Shown here: piece by piece, positions 9,583-19,448 of the stretch
Layout: every line of letters begins with the position of its first letter
How positions within the stretch are numbered: the first letter of the stretch is position 1
Assembly: GCA_965116885.1 (NCBI GenBank)
Contig: OZ220741.1
Location: forward strand, 5,216,001 to 5,280,000
Origin: Candidatus Latescibacterota bacterium
Lineage (GTDB): Bacteria; Latescibacterota; UBA2968
Reading direction: 5' to 3'
DNA: 64,000 nt
The notes under the pieces: generated by a model
Seen by the model: only the letters and a program-made list of their open reading frames with translations
Databases searched by the model: none
Told to the model about the DNA's origin: nothing
Translations under genes and position numbers: made by a program

Positions 9583-10556
9583 AATATCGCACCCTGGGAG
9601 AGACCGGCCTCAAAGTATCGGAAATTGGATTGGGTGCCTTTCCCATCTCTGGAAAACAACAGCGAGCAGATGGAAGCATTGAAGTCTGGTCGGGCACAAG
9701 CGATACGGAATCCATCGCGCTGATCCATCGCTGTGAAGAACTCGGGGTAAACTTAATCGATTCTGCGGAGGGCTATGGCGACGGACACAGCGAAGAACTC
9801 GTCGGACAAGCACTACAGGGACGGCGAGATAAATGGATCATTGCGACCAAAGTGCAGCCAAACCGGGACATCGACCAGAACGATGAACAATCGGTACACA
9901 ACCGAATTGTCGAAGCATGCGAAAACAGCTTGAAACGCATGCAAACGGATTTTATCGACATTTATCAACTGCACGCGATCCCACACGAATGGGCCATGCC
10001 CGCCGTCATGAAAACCCTCGAAAAATTGCAACGAGAAGGCAAAATCAGGTGGTACGGTATCTCGACCAACAACCGCGAAGCCATCGATAAACTACGGGCA
10101 TTGGGACCCATCCATATTTTGCAGATCGGATACAATTTGTTGGAACGCAGCGCCGACGCATTATTGCACTGGTCAAAAAAAGAAAAAATAGGCACACTCA
10201 TCCGCGTACCCCTTGCAAAGGGCCAATTGACTGGAAAATACTTTGGACAAAATGCCGAGCAAATACCGCAAAATGATCTGCGATACGAGCGGTTTCAGCG
10301 TCCCGAAGTACAAGAAGGATTAAAAAATTTGCCCGAACTTTTGTTTTTACAAACAGAACAACGAACCATGGCACAGGCAGCTCTGCGATTTGTATTGGAT
10401 CACCCCGGCGTTTCATGCGTCATTGCCGGCGCAAAAAATCGACAACAAGTTGAAGACAACACAGCGACATCAGACATGCCACCGCTCACACATGAAGAAC
10501 TATCTCGCGTTCTTCCCATCGCAGATGCAATTGGCACAGCGGGATGGATTGGGTGA
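9579..10556 (+). CDS. Aldo/keto reductase
   Basis: MKYRTLGETGLKVSEIGLG, DSAEGYG, ATK, IDIYQLH; start at 9579 rather than 9516. Confidence 0.92.
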   Translation: MKYRTLGETGLKVSEIGLGAFPISGKQQRADGSIEVWSGTSDTESIALIHRCEELGVNLIDSAEGYGDGHSEELVGQALQGRRDKWIIATKVQPNRDIDQNDEQSVHNRIVEACENSLKRMQTDFIDIYQLHAIPHEWAMPAVMKTLEKLQREGKIRWYGISTNNREAIDKLRALGPIHILQIGYNLLERSADALLHWSKKEKIGTLIRVPLAKGQLTGKYFGQNAEQIPQNDLRYERFQRPEVQEGLKNLPELLFLQTEQRTMAQAALRFVLDHPGVSCVIAGAKNRQQVEDNTATSDMPPLTHEELSRVLPIADAIGTAGWIG

Positions 10557-10571
10557 ATCAGGAGGAACATC

Positions 10572-11711
10572 ATGAAAATCACCGCACTAAAAACATTCAT
10601 TGCGTCCACAACGGGAAATTTTTTCGTCAAAGTCGAAACAGACGAAGGCATTTACGGCCTGGGAGAAGCGGGCGTAATACGTCGCGGAACTGCGATAGCC
10701 GAAGTGATCCGTTCGTTTTCCCCAGACGTTATTGGGCAAGACCCCTTTCGGATCGAACATTTGTGGCAGGTCATGTTTCGCGGCGGATTTTTTCCTGGCG
10801 GCGTGGTACAGTCATCGGCAGTAAGCGCCGTGGATATCGCGCTCTGGGACATAAAAGGCAAAGCCCTGGGCGTACCCGTCTATGAACTACTGGGCGGCAG
10901 AACCCGCGACAAAGTGGCGTGTTATCCGCATGTTGGCGATAAGAACAATATCGACCGCCTGGTCGCAAATTGTGTGCAACGACAGGAGGAAGGCTGGAAA
11001 TTTGCCCGATGGAGCATGAGCGATCCCACAGACCCCAATGTATTTGAACCTTCGCGCGCCGTGCGTTATGGCATCGAACAGGTAAAAGCCGTGCGCGAAG
11101 CCTGTGGCGATGAATTCGAAATCTGCGTAGATGTTCACACGCGACTGGATCCCACCTGGGTCATTGCATATTGCAAAGGCGTGGAACCCTATCGCCCATT
11201 TTTTATCGAAGACCCATTGCGAAGTGAAAGTCCACAGAGCCTGCGCCTCGTGCGACAAAATACACATCTGCCCTTAGCCATCGGCGAACAATTCGATAGC
11301 AAGTGGAAATTCCAGCAAGTAATCGAAGAAGATTTGATGGACTACTGCCGCGTTGACCTCTGCATTGCGGGCGGTTTAACCGAAGCAAAAAAGATCGCAG
11401 GCTGGTGCGAGGCACATTATATTCACCTGGCCCCCCACAATCCGCTGGGACCCGTGTCAACAGCCGCGTGTTTGCACCTGTGTCTCTCGTCTTCTCTCGT
11501 CGGCGTACAGGAATTGCCCAGACCACCCATGACCACCTTGACAGACGTATTCCCCAAACAAATGCCCTATGCCAACGGCCATCTGCTCGTCCCTGAAGGA
11601 CCGGGATTGGGCGTTGAATTTAACGAAGACGCGATTGCAGATGCATCCCCTCCCGAACCCTCTACAGGATGGGGTTACCGCCGCGAAGACGGATCGTACG
11701 CAAATTGGTAA
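10572..11711 (+). CDS. Mandelate racemase family dehydratase (DgoD-like), copy A
   Basis: VDIALWDIKGKALGVPVYELLGG, DVH, FIEDP, IGE, PHNPLGPV. Confidence 0.9.
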   Translation: MKITALKTFIASTTGNFFVKVETDEGIYGLGEAGVIRRGTAIAEVIRSFSPDVIGQDPFRIEHLWQVMFRGGFFPGGVVQSSAVSAVDIALWDIKGKALGVPVYELLGGRTRDKVACYPHVGDKNNIDRLVANCVQRQEEGWKFARWSMSDPTDPNVFEPSRAVRYGIEQVKAVREACGDEFEICVDVHTRLDPTWVIAYCKGVEPYRPFFIEDPLRSESPQSLRLVRQNTHLPLAIGEQFDSKWKFQQVIEEDLMDYCRVDLCIAGGLTEAKKIAGWCEAHYIHLAPHNPLGPVSTAACLHLCLSSSLVGVQELPRPPMTTLTDVFPKQMPYANGHLLVPEGPGLGVEFNEDAIADASPPEPSTGWGYRREDGSYANW

Positions 11712-11771
11712 AAAGGAGTATTAAAGATAAAGTATCTACGGCGAATGGTATCCGACCCTCAGCATTGGCAA
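11712..11771 (+). pseudogene. Deletion remnant of a duplicate of the Tsx/OmpK-like porin gene
   Basis: AAGGAGTATTAAAGAT matches the RBS/start of the porin at 16571-16586; 11729-11771 matches 16826-16868 at 42/43 nt. Confidence 0.85.
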
Positions 11772-11854
11772 CAGCGGCGGGCGGATCGAACGCGAGTATG
11801 GCCTGGGTGTATGCATACCGCCAACGCAGTACTGTGCGAAACTGAGGATATCCA

Positions 11855-14800
11855 ATGAAAACCTGCATTTTTCATTTTGCTATTTTTTTTGGTCTCATTC
11901 TATCGCCGCTGGCTGTCGTCCATGCTTCGTCCTCACCACCCGACAGCGTGCATTTCTGCTTGCCCTTCGATTACGAACAGTGGCGGCGGGATCATCCCCT
12001 TCCCGCCGCCAAGCGGCCAGCGGACCTGAATGTGGGCGAGCCGCGCACGGTGCGGATGATCTACTTCCTGCCGAATGACCGCCCGTATCGTGCGAAGGTG
12101 GTTCAGGATATGAAAGACAGGATCCGCGAGGTTCAGACATTCTATTCCGTATCCATGCAGGCGCGCGAACACGGGGACAGGACCTTCCGCCTTGAGACCG
12201 ATGCCGCGGGAGAACCGACGGTACACCAAGTGGATGGGCAACACGCCGATAGTCACTATCTTGACAATACATTCGAAAAGGTCCTGGACGAGACGGAGCA
12301 GACCTTTGACTTGAAACGGAATATATATCTTGTCGTAATCGACATCAGTACAGATGTCATTGATAGAGCAGCGGGAGGCAAAGCATTTCAGAACGGAAAA
12401 ACCGGCGGATTTGCGCTGGTTACCAGTGACGAAATGGATCCGTGGAATTACCACAATGTTGTCAGCCACGAATTGGGCCACACCTTCGGGTTGCAGCATG
12501 ATTTCCGCGCCCAGGCGTACGTTATGTCGTACGGGAACTTGCCAGAATCACAAATATCTGCGTGCAACGCCGGGTTTCTGGCCGCGCATACCTATTTCAA
12601 CCCGAATATTCCAACTGAAGCGGGATCACTTCCTACCATTGAACTGGTTTCTCCACTAACCTATCCGGAAGACACGGAGAGCGTCGCTGTCCGGCTCGAA
12701 GCCAGCGATTCAGATGGACTTCACCAGGTGATCCTGTTCACAGAAGACCGTGGAACTGAAGTGAAGTCGTGTCGCGGGTTGGCGGGAGAAAGAGAGGCCA
12801 CCGTTACAATTGATTATAACGGCGTAATTCCATCTCAGCACAATTGGGGAATATTTTCGAGTCTTTCCGATCCTCGTGTGCATCCGGTTGCGGTCATGGT
12901 CGCTGATGCGGCAGGGAACACGAACCATACGGAATTCACTCTTTCGGCCATCGAATCCGAATCGACGCTCCCCCGTCCTCAAGCTCTTGAAATAATCTCT
13001 GGAGATAATCAGCGAGGCACACCCGGTTCCGCATTGTCGCAACCCCTGGTTGTCGAAGTGAGGGATCAACACGGTAATCCGTTACCGGATGCAACCGTCG
13101 TCTTTACGGTTACTACAGGAGACGGTAAACTCAGCGGGAGGTTCACGCTGGAGAATGTAACAACCGATGCCAATGGCCGGGCAGAGCTTTTGCTTACCCT
13201 CGGTCCCGGCCTGGGCACAAACGCCGTTAAGGTATCTATAGAAGAACACTCGGAAACGTTTCACGCGGTGAGTCATGGACAATCCGTCACGCCCCCGAGC
13301 ATGGACGGTGCTTCACTTACATGGCAGCTACCCTACGGCGCAGTTGCCCGCCTGGGAACGGGCCGCCTCAGCCAGACCGAAAGAGCGGTTGTCTTTTCAC
13401 CCGACGGTCAACTCCTCGCCGTGGCAAAAAAAACGGGTGTCTGGGTTTACGATATCTCTACGTCCAAGCCGCTGGCACTGTTTCCCGCCGAGAAGGCGAT
13501 CAATTCCCTGGCGTTTTCGTCCGACGGAAAAACCATCGCATTTTCGGAGTTTATCTTCAACTTCCACGGTGGGGAAAACATCAACGTGCAGCTATGGGAC
13601 GTGGCAACCGGCACACAGACTGCCGCCATCGCTCAGGAAGACTGGAGCAAAGCAGTCGCCTTTTCGACAGACGGTACGCTACTGGCTACGGCGAATATAG
13701 ACGAGACCGTCACGCTGTGGAACGTGGCGACGCAGCGCAAGGTCGCTACCCATCAAGGCAAGCTCACCTCTACAGGGGCGGATTACCCCCTCCCTATGTC
13801 GTTTTCCCCAGATGACGCAATACTCGCTTTCGGGTCCAAACATGGAACCGTCAACCTGCTGGACGTATCAACGGGCACGCAGACTGCCAGCCTTGAAGGG
13901 CATACATATCCGGTCACGTCCATTTCCTTTTCCCCAAATGGTGCCACCCTTGCTTCCGGGTCGTGGGATAGAACGGTCAGACTCTGGAACGTGGCGACAC
14001 GTGAGAATATCGCCACCCTGAAAGGGCATACCGACAGGGTCAATTCCGTCACGTTTTTACGCGGCGGCACCACCCTTGCTTCCGGGTCGGACGATGGCAC
14101 GATCAAGCTGTGGGACGTGACGACAAATAGAAATACCACCACCTTCGAAGGACATACCGACGGAATTGGCTCGGTGGCGTTTTCATCTCAATCGAACACG
14201 CTCGTCGCAGGTGTTATCGACGGCTCAATCAAGCTGTGGGACGTAGCGTCGAGGGGCGTTATCAATGACCTCGATAAGGGAGGCTCGTTCACGTCCGTGG
14301 CGTATTCAGGAGACGGGACGATCCTCGCTCTGGGGTCAGATCGAACGATCAGGTTGTGGGACGTGGCAACAGGCACTGAAGTCGCCGTGCTCGAGGGCCA
14401 CACCGAGAAGATCAGTTCTCTGACATTTTTGCGCGATGGCAAAACCCTGGCCTCGGGGTCGCACGGCGAAGTCTATCTTTGGGATGTGGCGGCGCGACTT
14501 AAGATAGATTTCCTGTCAAGACCCGGATGCAGGATCGCGCATCTCACCGCGTCACCCAACGGGAAAACAATCGCTTCGGGAGGGATAAATGAGATCGTCT
14601 TGTGGGACCTGGAGACCGGCGCGCAGACCGCTATTGCTTACCCCACAAAGACCGTATCGTTTTCGCCCGATAGCAAGACACTCGTTTCGACTGGTTTCGA
14701 TAGGCTAATTCAATTTTGGGACGTGGACACACAGGAGAATATCGCCACTCTGGATCCAGATCCGGCTGACCCGACCATGGGTCAGCTTGGTAGTCAGATG

Positions 14801-15352
14801 TTGTTTTCTCCCGACGGGACGCTACTCGCCTCGGCGCTGAATTATGGTCCGCGGTTAAGTGTCTCTATCAAACTGTGGGAGGTGAGCACGAAAGCAGTTA
14901 TCGCCACCTTTGAAGAAATCGGAGCGGGTCAGATCCATTCCGCAGCGCTTTCCTCCGACGGCAGGCTGTTCGCCGTCGGGACAAACAATGGCGCAATTCT
15001 GCTGGTGGACACTGTGAAGAGAGAAAGCGTGACAACCCTGCGGCAGCCGAGTTCGGTTGTTTCCTTGTCGTTTTCGCCCGACGGTAGGGTGCTCGCCTCC
15101 GGGTCGGAGGATGGTACGGTGCTGCTGTGGGACGTTGCGCCTTACCTTGCGCCATCTATCCCCAACCCGGACTTCAACAGCGACGGGACCGTGGACATAG
15201 CCGATTTCCTGCTGTTCGCTGGCGCGTTCGGTCTGAGTCGGGGCGATGCGGGATATGACGCGCGGTTTGATCTGGATAGTGATGGCACAATTGGGTTTAG
15301 CGATTTTCTAATCTTTGGCGAAGCCTTTGGCAAAAAAGTGCCATCCAATTGA
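11855..15352 (+). CDS. Secreted multidomain protein: metzincin-like Zn peptidase, Ig-like (Big_1) domain, WD40 repeats, C-terminal dockerin-like EF-hand pair
   Basis: Signal peptide ending VHA; HELGHTFGLQH with YVMSYG Met-turn; ISGDNQRG..PLVVEVRD Big_1 signature; many LASGSxDxTVxLWDV repeats; PDFNSDGTVDIADFLLFAGAFG...DLDSDGTIGFSDFLIF. Confidence 0.85.
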   Translation: MKTCIFHFAIFFGLILSPLAVVHASSSPPDSVHFCLPFDYEQWRRDHPLPAAKRPADLNVGEPRTVRMIYFLPNDRPYRAKVVQDMKDRIREVQTFYSVSMQAREHGDRTFRLETDAAGEPTVHQVDGQHADSHYLDNTFEKVLDETEQTFDLKRNIYLVVIDISTDVIDRAAGGKAFQNGKTGGFALVTSDEMDPWNYHNVVSHELGHTFGLQHDFRAQAYVMSYGNLPESQISACNAGFLAAHTYFNPNIPTEAGSLPTIELVSPLTYPEDTESVAVRLEASDSDGLHQVILFTEDRGTEVKSCRGLAGEREATVTIDYNGVIPSQHNWGIFSSLSDPRVHPVAVMVADAAGNTNHTEFTLSAIESESTLPRPQALEIISGDNQRGTPGSALSQPLVVEVRDQHGNPLPDATVVFTVTTGDGKLSGRFTLENVTTDANGRAELLLTLGPGLGTNAVKVSIEEHSETFHAVSHGQSVTPPSMDGASLTWQLPYGAVARLGTGRLSQTERAVVFSPDGQLLAVAKKTGVWVYDISTSKPLALFPAEKAINSLAFSSDGKTIAFSEFIFNFHGGENINVQLWDVATGTQTAAIAQEDWSKAVAFSTDGTLLATANIDETVTLWNVATQRKVATHQGKLTSTGADYPLPMSFSPDDAILAFGSKHGTVNLLDVSTGTQTASLEGHTYPVTSISFSPNGATLASGSWDRTVRLWNVATRENIATLKGHTDRVNSVTFLRGGTTLASGSDDGTIKLWDVTTNRNTTTFEGHTDGIGSVAFSSQSNTLVAGVIDGSIKLWDVASRGVINDLDKGGSFTSVAYSGDGTILALGSDRTIRLWDVATGTEVAVLEGHTEKISSLTFLRDGKTLASGSHGEVYLWDVAARLKIDFLSRPGCRIAHLTASPNGKTIASGGINEIVLWDLETGAQTAIAYPTKTVSFSPDSKTLVSTGFDRLIQFWDVDTQENIATLDPDPADPTMGQLGSQMLFSPDGTLLASALNYGPRLSVSIKLWEVSTKAVIATFEEIGAGQIHSAALSSDGRLFAVGTNNGAILLVDTVKRESVTTLRQPSSVVSLSFSPDGRVLASGSEDGTVLLWDVAPYLAPSIPNPDFNSDGTVDIADFLLFAGAFGLSRGDAGYDARFDLDSDGTIGFSDFLIFGEAFGKKVPSN

Positions 15353-15430
15353 TCTATTTGCGCGCTCAACGTCACAATGTTTTAATACAACTCAGCATCT
15401 GTATGTATCCGTCTTTTCAGGAGGACTATC

Positions 15431-16570
15431 ATGAAAATCGCCGCATTAAAAACATTCGTCGTTCCCACAACGGGAAATTTTTTCGTCAAAGTCGAAACAG
15501 ACGAAGGCATTTACGGCCTGGGAGAAGCGGGCTTAAAGCGTCGCGGAACCGCGATTGCCGAAGTAATCCGCTCGTTTTCCCCAGACGTCATCGGACAAGA
15601 CCCCTTTCGGATTGAACATTTGTGGCAGGTCATGTTTCGCGGCGGATTTTTCCCGGGCGGCGTGGTACAGTCATCGGCAGTGAGTGCTGTTGACATTGCG
15701 CTCTGGGATATCAAAGGCAAAGCCCTGGGCGTACCCGTCTATGAACTCCTGGGCGGAAGAACCCGCGACAAAGTGGCGTGTTATCCGCATATTGGCGAAC
15801 GGGACAATATCGACCGCCTGGTCGCAAATTGTGTGCAACGACAGGAAGAAGGCTGGAAATTTGCCCGATGGGGCATGAGCGATCCCACAGATCCCAATGT
15901 ATTTGAACCTTCGCGCGCCGTGCGTCACGGCATCGAACAGGTAAAAGCCGTGCGCGAAGCCTGTGGCGATGATTTCGAAATCTGCGTCGATGTACACACG
16001 CGACTGGACCCCGCCTGGGTCATTGCATATTGCAAAGGCGTGGAACCCTATCGCCCATTTTTTATCGAAGACCCATTGCGCAGTGAAAGCACACAGAGCC
16101 TGCGCCTCGTGCGACAAAACACGCATCTGCCTTTGGCCATTGGCGAACAATTTGATAGCAAGTGGAAATTTCAGCAGGTAATCGAAGAGGACTTAATGGA
16201 CTATTGCCGCGTTGACCTCTGCATTGCAGGCGGTTTGACCGAAGCCAAAAAAATCGCGGGCTGGTGCGAGACACATTATATTCACCTGGCCCCCCACAAT
16301 CCACTGGGACCCGTGTCAACAGCAGCCTGCTTGCACCTGTGTTTATCCTCTTCTCTCGTCGGCGTACAGGAATTGCCCAGACCTCCCATGACCACCTTGA
16401 CAGATGTATTCCCCAAACAAATGCCCTATGCCAACGGCCATCTGCTCGTCCCCAAAGGACCGGGATTGGGCATTGAATTTAACGAAGACGCGATTGCAGA
16501 CGCATCTCCTCCCGAACCATCCACGGGCGCGGGATTCCGCCGTGAAGACGGATCGTACACAAATTGGTAA
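15431..16570 (+). CDS. Mandelate racemase family dehydratase (DgoD-like), copy B
   Basis: Same length (379 aa) as 10572-11711, 21 substitutions by my count (about 94% identical). Confidence 0.9.
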   Translation: MKIAALKTFVVPTTGNFFVKVETDEGIYGLGEAGLKRRGTAIAEVIRSFSPDVIGQDPFRIEHLWQVMFRGGFFPGGVVQSSAVSAVDIALWDIKGKALGVPVYELLGGRTRDKVACYPHIGERDNIDRLVANCVQRQEEGWKFARWGMSDPTDPNVFEPSRAVRHGIEQVKAVREACGDDFEICVDVHTRLDPAWVIAYCKGVEPYRPFFIEDPLRSESTQSLRLVRQNTHLPLAIGEQFDSKWKFQQVIEEDLMDYCRVDLCIAGGLTEAKKIAGWCETHYIHLAPHNPLGPVSTAACLHLCLSSSLVGVQELPRPPMTTLTDVFPKQMPYANGHLLVPKGPGLGIEFNEDAIADASPPEPSTGAGFRREDGSYTNW

Positions 16571-16584
16571 AAGGAGCATTACAG

Positions 16585-17367
16585 ATGCGGAAACAACAAC
16601 ACTCCGGCCTGCTCGCACTGATCGCTTGCATCCTCCTGCTGCCAGCCGAGGGAATCGCCCAAACCTCATTCCAATTTCAATACGGCAAACTCACAAACCC
16701 GTTTTCCGGAGACGCGGAATACACCACGATCCTCACCGTACAACAGGCAGCGCAGTGGCGATATGGAGACAGTTTCTTTTTTATCGATTTTCTGGAAGAT
16801 GGCGTTCCGGACGGCTTCAACGACAAAAGTATCTACGGAGAATGGTATCCGACCCTCAGCATTGGCAAACTCGCGAACACAGAGTTCAACCTCGGTCCGA
16901 TCAGAGATATCTCCATAATCGCTGGATTCAATGCCGACTCCGATGCCAATGTCCTCAAATACCTGCCCGGCGTCCGGGCTTCTTGGAACGTACCGGGCTT
17001 CTTCTTTGTCAACACCGACCTGACCGCCCTGATCGACGCCAGCAGCGGCACAGCGCACGGCGGTGCGCCCACAACGAGCAACAGCTTTGTATTCGACATC
17101 AATTGGGGGGCTGCCTTTGGAACTGGCGGTCAGTCCTTCGGTTTCTTCGGCCATGCAGAGTACATCGGCTCCCAGACCAACGAATTTGGCAACGAAGTCA
17201 AAGGCTGGATCCTCGCGCAACCACAACTCACATGGGACTTGAGCAAAGCGATAAACGGCGAGGGCAACACGCTCTTTGTCGGCATAGAATACCAGTACTG
17301 GTGGAACAAACTCGGCACCACCACTACCGAAAATGTCGTACAATTACTGGTCGTGTGGCAACTCTGA
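16585..17367 (+). CDS. Tsx/OmpK-like outer-membrane channel protein
   Basis: Signal peptide, WRYGDSFFFID, IYGEWYPTLS, VGIEYQYWWNKLG, aromatic C-terminal strand; ATG at 16585 after AAGGAG. Confidence 0.78.
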   Translation: MRKQQHSGLLALIACILLLPAEGIAQTSFQFQYGKLTNPFSGDAEYTTILTVQQAAQWRYGDSFFFIDFLEDGVPDGFNDKSIYGEWYPTLSIGKLANTEFNLGPIRDISIIAGFNADSDANVLKYLPGVRASWNVPGFFFVNTDLTALIDASSGTAHGGAPTTSNSFVFDINWGAAFGTGGQSFGFFGHAEYIGSQTNEFGNEVKGWILAQPQLTWDLSKAINGEGNTLFVGIEYQYWWNKLGTTTTENVVQLLVVWQL

Positions 17368-17390
17368 TTTAAAACAAAAGGAATTTCACC

Positions 17391-18647
17391 ATGAAAGTGC
17401 GAATCGGCATCATCGGGTGTGCGCGAATACTAAACGCCCATCTGCGTGGCTATAAAATCCTGCAAGAAAACGATTTTGGCGACCTATTTCAAATCGCGGC
17501 TTTGTGCGCGCGCAAAGAAGAAGACGCCCATCGCTTCCGCAAGCGAGGCGAAGGACCCGGTCCCCGCCCAGCACCTGTGGATGCACCTGGGGACCCACTC
17601 AATGCGCCGCATTCGTTTATCAGTGATCTGCATCCCGATAGCGATGCAGAAGTGTACACCAATTACAACGAAATGTTAGAAAAGGGCAAAATCGACGCAG
17701 TGATCATCTTGACCGGACACGACAACCACCACAGCATCGCCATAGACGCCATGAGAGCAGGCAAACACGTCTCGGTCGAAAAACCAATGGCGATCTCGGT
17801 CAAAGCAGCCCAGCGAATGTGCGAAGTAGCCGACGAAACCGGACAAATCTTGAGTATTGACGAAAATGTGAATTTCAATCCCTCTACCTGGGCCAGCAAA
17901 TGGGCAGTTGACAAGGGCCTCATTGGCGACGTGCAAATGCTCTATCGCGGCGTCATCGGATTTCGCAATTCGCGTCCAGACCTCGTGGCCGCGCGAACGC
18001 CCTGGCGCCAGAGCAAATTGGGCGCAGGTGGAGGCGTTGCCATCGACCTGGGCGTCCACCTTTTTAACGGCGTCCGCACAATTTGTGGACCCGTAAAATC
18101 CGTTCAAGCCCTGTGGAGAACGCTCGAACCGATGCGCGTCTTGATGTCCGACGACGATCGCGCCGTAGTCGATCAAATCGAAAATCAAGTGGATGATGCT
18201 TTTTTTACCAACTTTGAATTTGAAAATGGCGGCATCGGACACATGGCTGTATCGAGAAGTGCGCGGGGAACACAGGTCGGCGTACCTGGCGGCACGAATA
18301 TTTGGGGCAGCAAAGGGGCGATTTCAAACGGACAATTATTTGGCGAAGACAGCACATCGGAAAATGTGGAAGATCGATTTCAACGCGAAGCCGAACCCTC
18401 GCATCTGGGCGAGATCATGCCGGGTGGAATCACCGACGCATTTGCGCTTGAAAACCTGAACTGGCTGCAAGCCATCACAAACGGCAAACCCGTCCAGATG
18501 AGCGGCGAAGAAGGCACTATCGATCTGGCATTGAGCTATGCGATCCTCGAATCGGGCTTGCTCGGACGCGCCGTCACTTTAGACGAAATGCTAAAAGGTG
18601 AAGTGGATGAGTATCAGAAAGAAATCAACAATTACTACGGATTATAA
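17391..18647 (+). CDS. Gfo/Idh/MocA family oxidoreductase
   Basis: IGIIGC, GKHVSVEKP, GGGVAIDLGVH. Confidence 0.88.
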   Translation: MKVRIGIIGCARILNAHLRGYKILQENDFGDLFQIAALCARKEEDAHRFRKRGEGPGPRPAPVDAPGDPLNAPHSFISDLHPDSDAEVYTNYNEMLEKGKIDAVIILTGHDNHHSIAIDAMRAGKHVSVEKPMAISVKAAQRMCEVADETGQILSIDENVNFNPSTWASKWAVDKGLIGDVQMLYRGVIGFRNSRPDLVAARTPWRQSKLGAGGGVAIDLGVHLFNGVRTICGPVKSVQALWRTLEPMRVLMSDDDRAVVDQIENQVDDAFFTNFEFENGGIGHMAVSRSARGTQVGVPGGTNIWGSKGAISNGQLFGEDSTSENVEDRFQREAEPSHLGEIMPGGITDAFALENLNWLQAITNGKPVQMSGEEGTIDLALSYAILESGLLGRAVTLDEMLKGEVDEYQKEINNYYGL

Positions 18648-18661
18648 TCCTGGAGCACGCG

Positions 18662-19423
18662 ATGAAAATCTCACCAGCACACCAACAACAATTAGACGAA
18701 CAGGGCTATGTCATCATCCCCGATGTACTCTCTGAAGCCGAGATATCGCACTACCGCGCACTATTGCTGGACCTCGCCGAACAAGAGCGCGGAGACGGCT
18801 CGGGACGGGTACATACCAGTGGCAGGGGCCAGCATGTGCGGTGGCTGGTGAACAAGGGAAAACCATTTGAAAAGCTGGTGGCACATCCCAAAGTCGTGCC
18901 CTATTTTGAATATATGCTCGGCGAAGATTATACCCTCAGCACACTCACATCAAACATGATTTACTCAGGTGCCGAAGACAACGCGTTTCACGTCGATAAT
19001 GCACTGGGCAAAATGCCAGAACCACTGCCCTCATTTCCGATGTTTGTCAACAGCCTGTGGCTCCTGAACGACTTTACCCCACAAAACGGGGGCACGCGCT
19101 TTGTACCCGGCAGCCATCGGTTCTTAAAAAAGCCCCCGCCAATAGACCATCCACACGCCCTATGCCATCCCGACGAAATGCGGCTCTCGGCCCCAAAAGG
19201 CTCGGTATTCTTGTTCAACGGCGCAATATGGCACGCCACAGGAGCCAACCGCACAGATGACGCCCGCGTGTGCCTGATCTGCTTCTGCTGCCGATCATTT
19301 CTAAAGCCCATGTTCGATTTTGTACACTACCTCAAACCCGAAGTGGTGGATCGAGCCACGCCGGAAATGAAGCGCATCTACGGATTTAATTCTCAACCCC
19401 AGTCGCCGGATGTGCGCGATTAA
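18662..19423 (+). CDS. Phytanoyl-CoA dioxygenase (PhyH) family Fe/2OG dioxygenase
   Basis: EQGYVIIPDVL, HVD, NGGTRFVPGSH, IWHATGAN...R. Confidence 0.88.
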   Translation: MKISPAHQQQLDEQGYVIIPDVLSEAEISHYRALLLDLAEQERGDGSGRVHTSGRGQHVRWLVNKGKPFEKLVAHPKVVPYFEYMLGEDYTLSTLTSNMIYSGAEDNAFHVDNALGKMPEPLPSFPMFVNSLWLLNDFTPQNGGTRFVPGSHRFLKKPPPIDHPHALCHPDEMRLSAPKGSVFLFNGAIWHATGANRTDDARVCLICFCCRSFLKPMFDFVHYLKPEVVDRATPEMKRIYGFNSQPQSPDVRD

Positions 19424-19448
19424 ACTGATCTCACAAAAGAGGCAAGCC

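Noticed and set aside
16404..17372. 322-aa alternative-frame ORF over the porin
   Set aside because: Arg-rich off-frame shadow with no RBS
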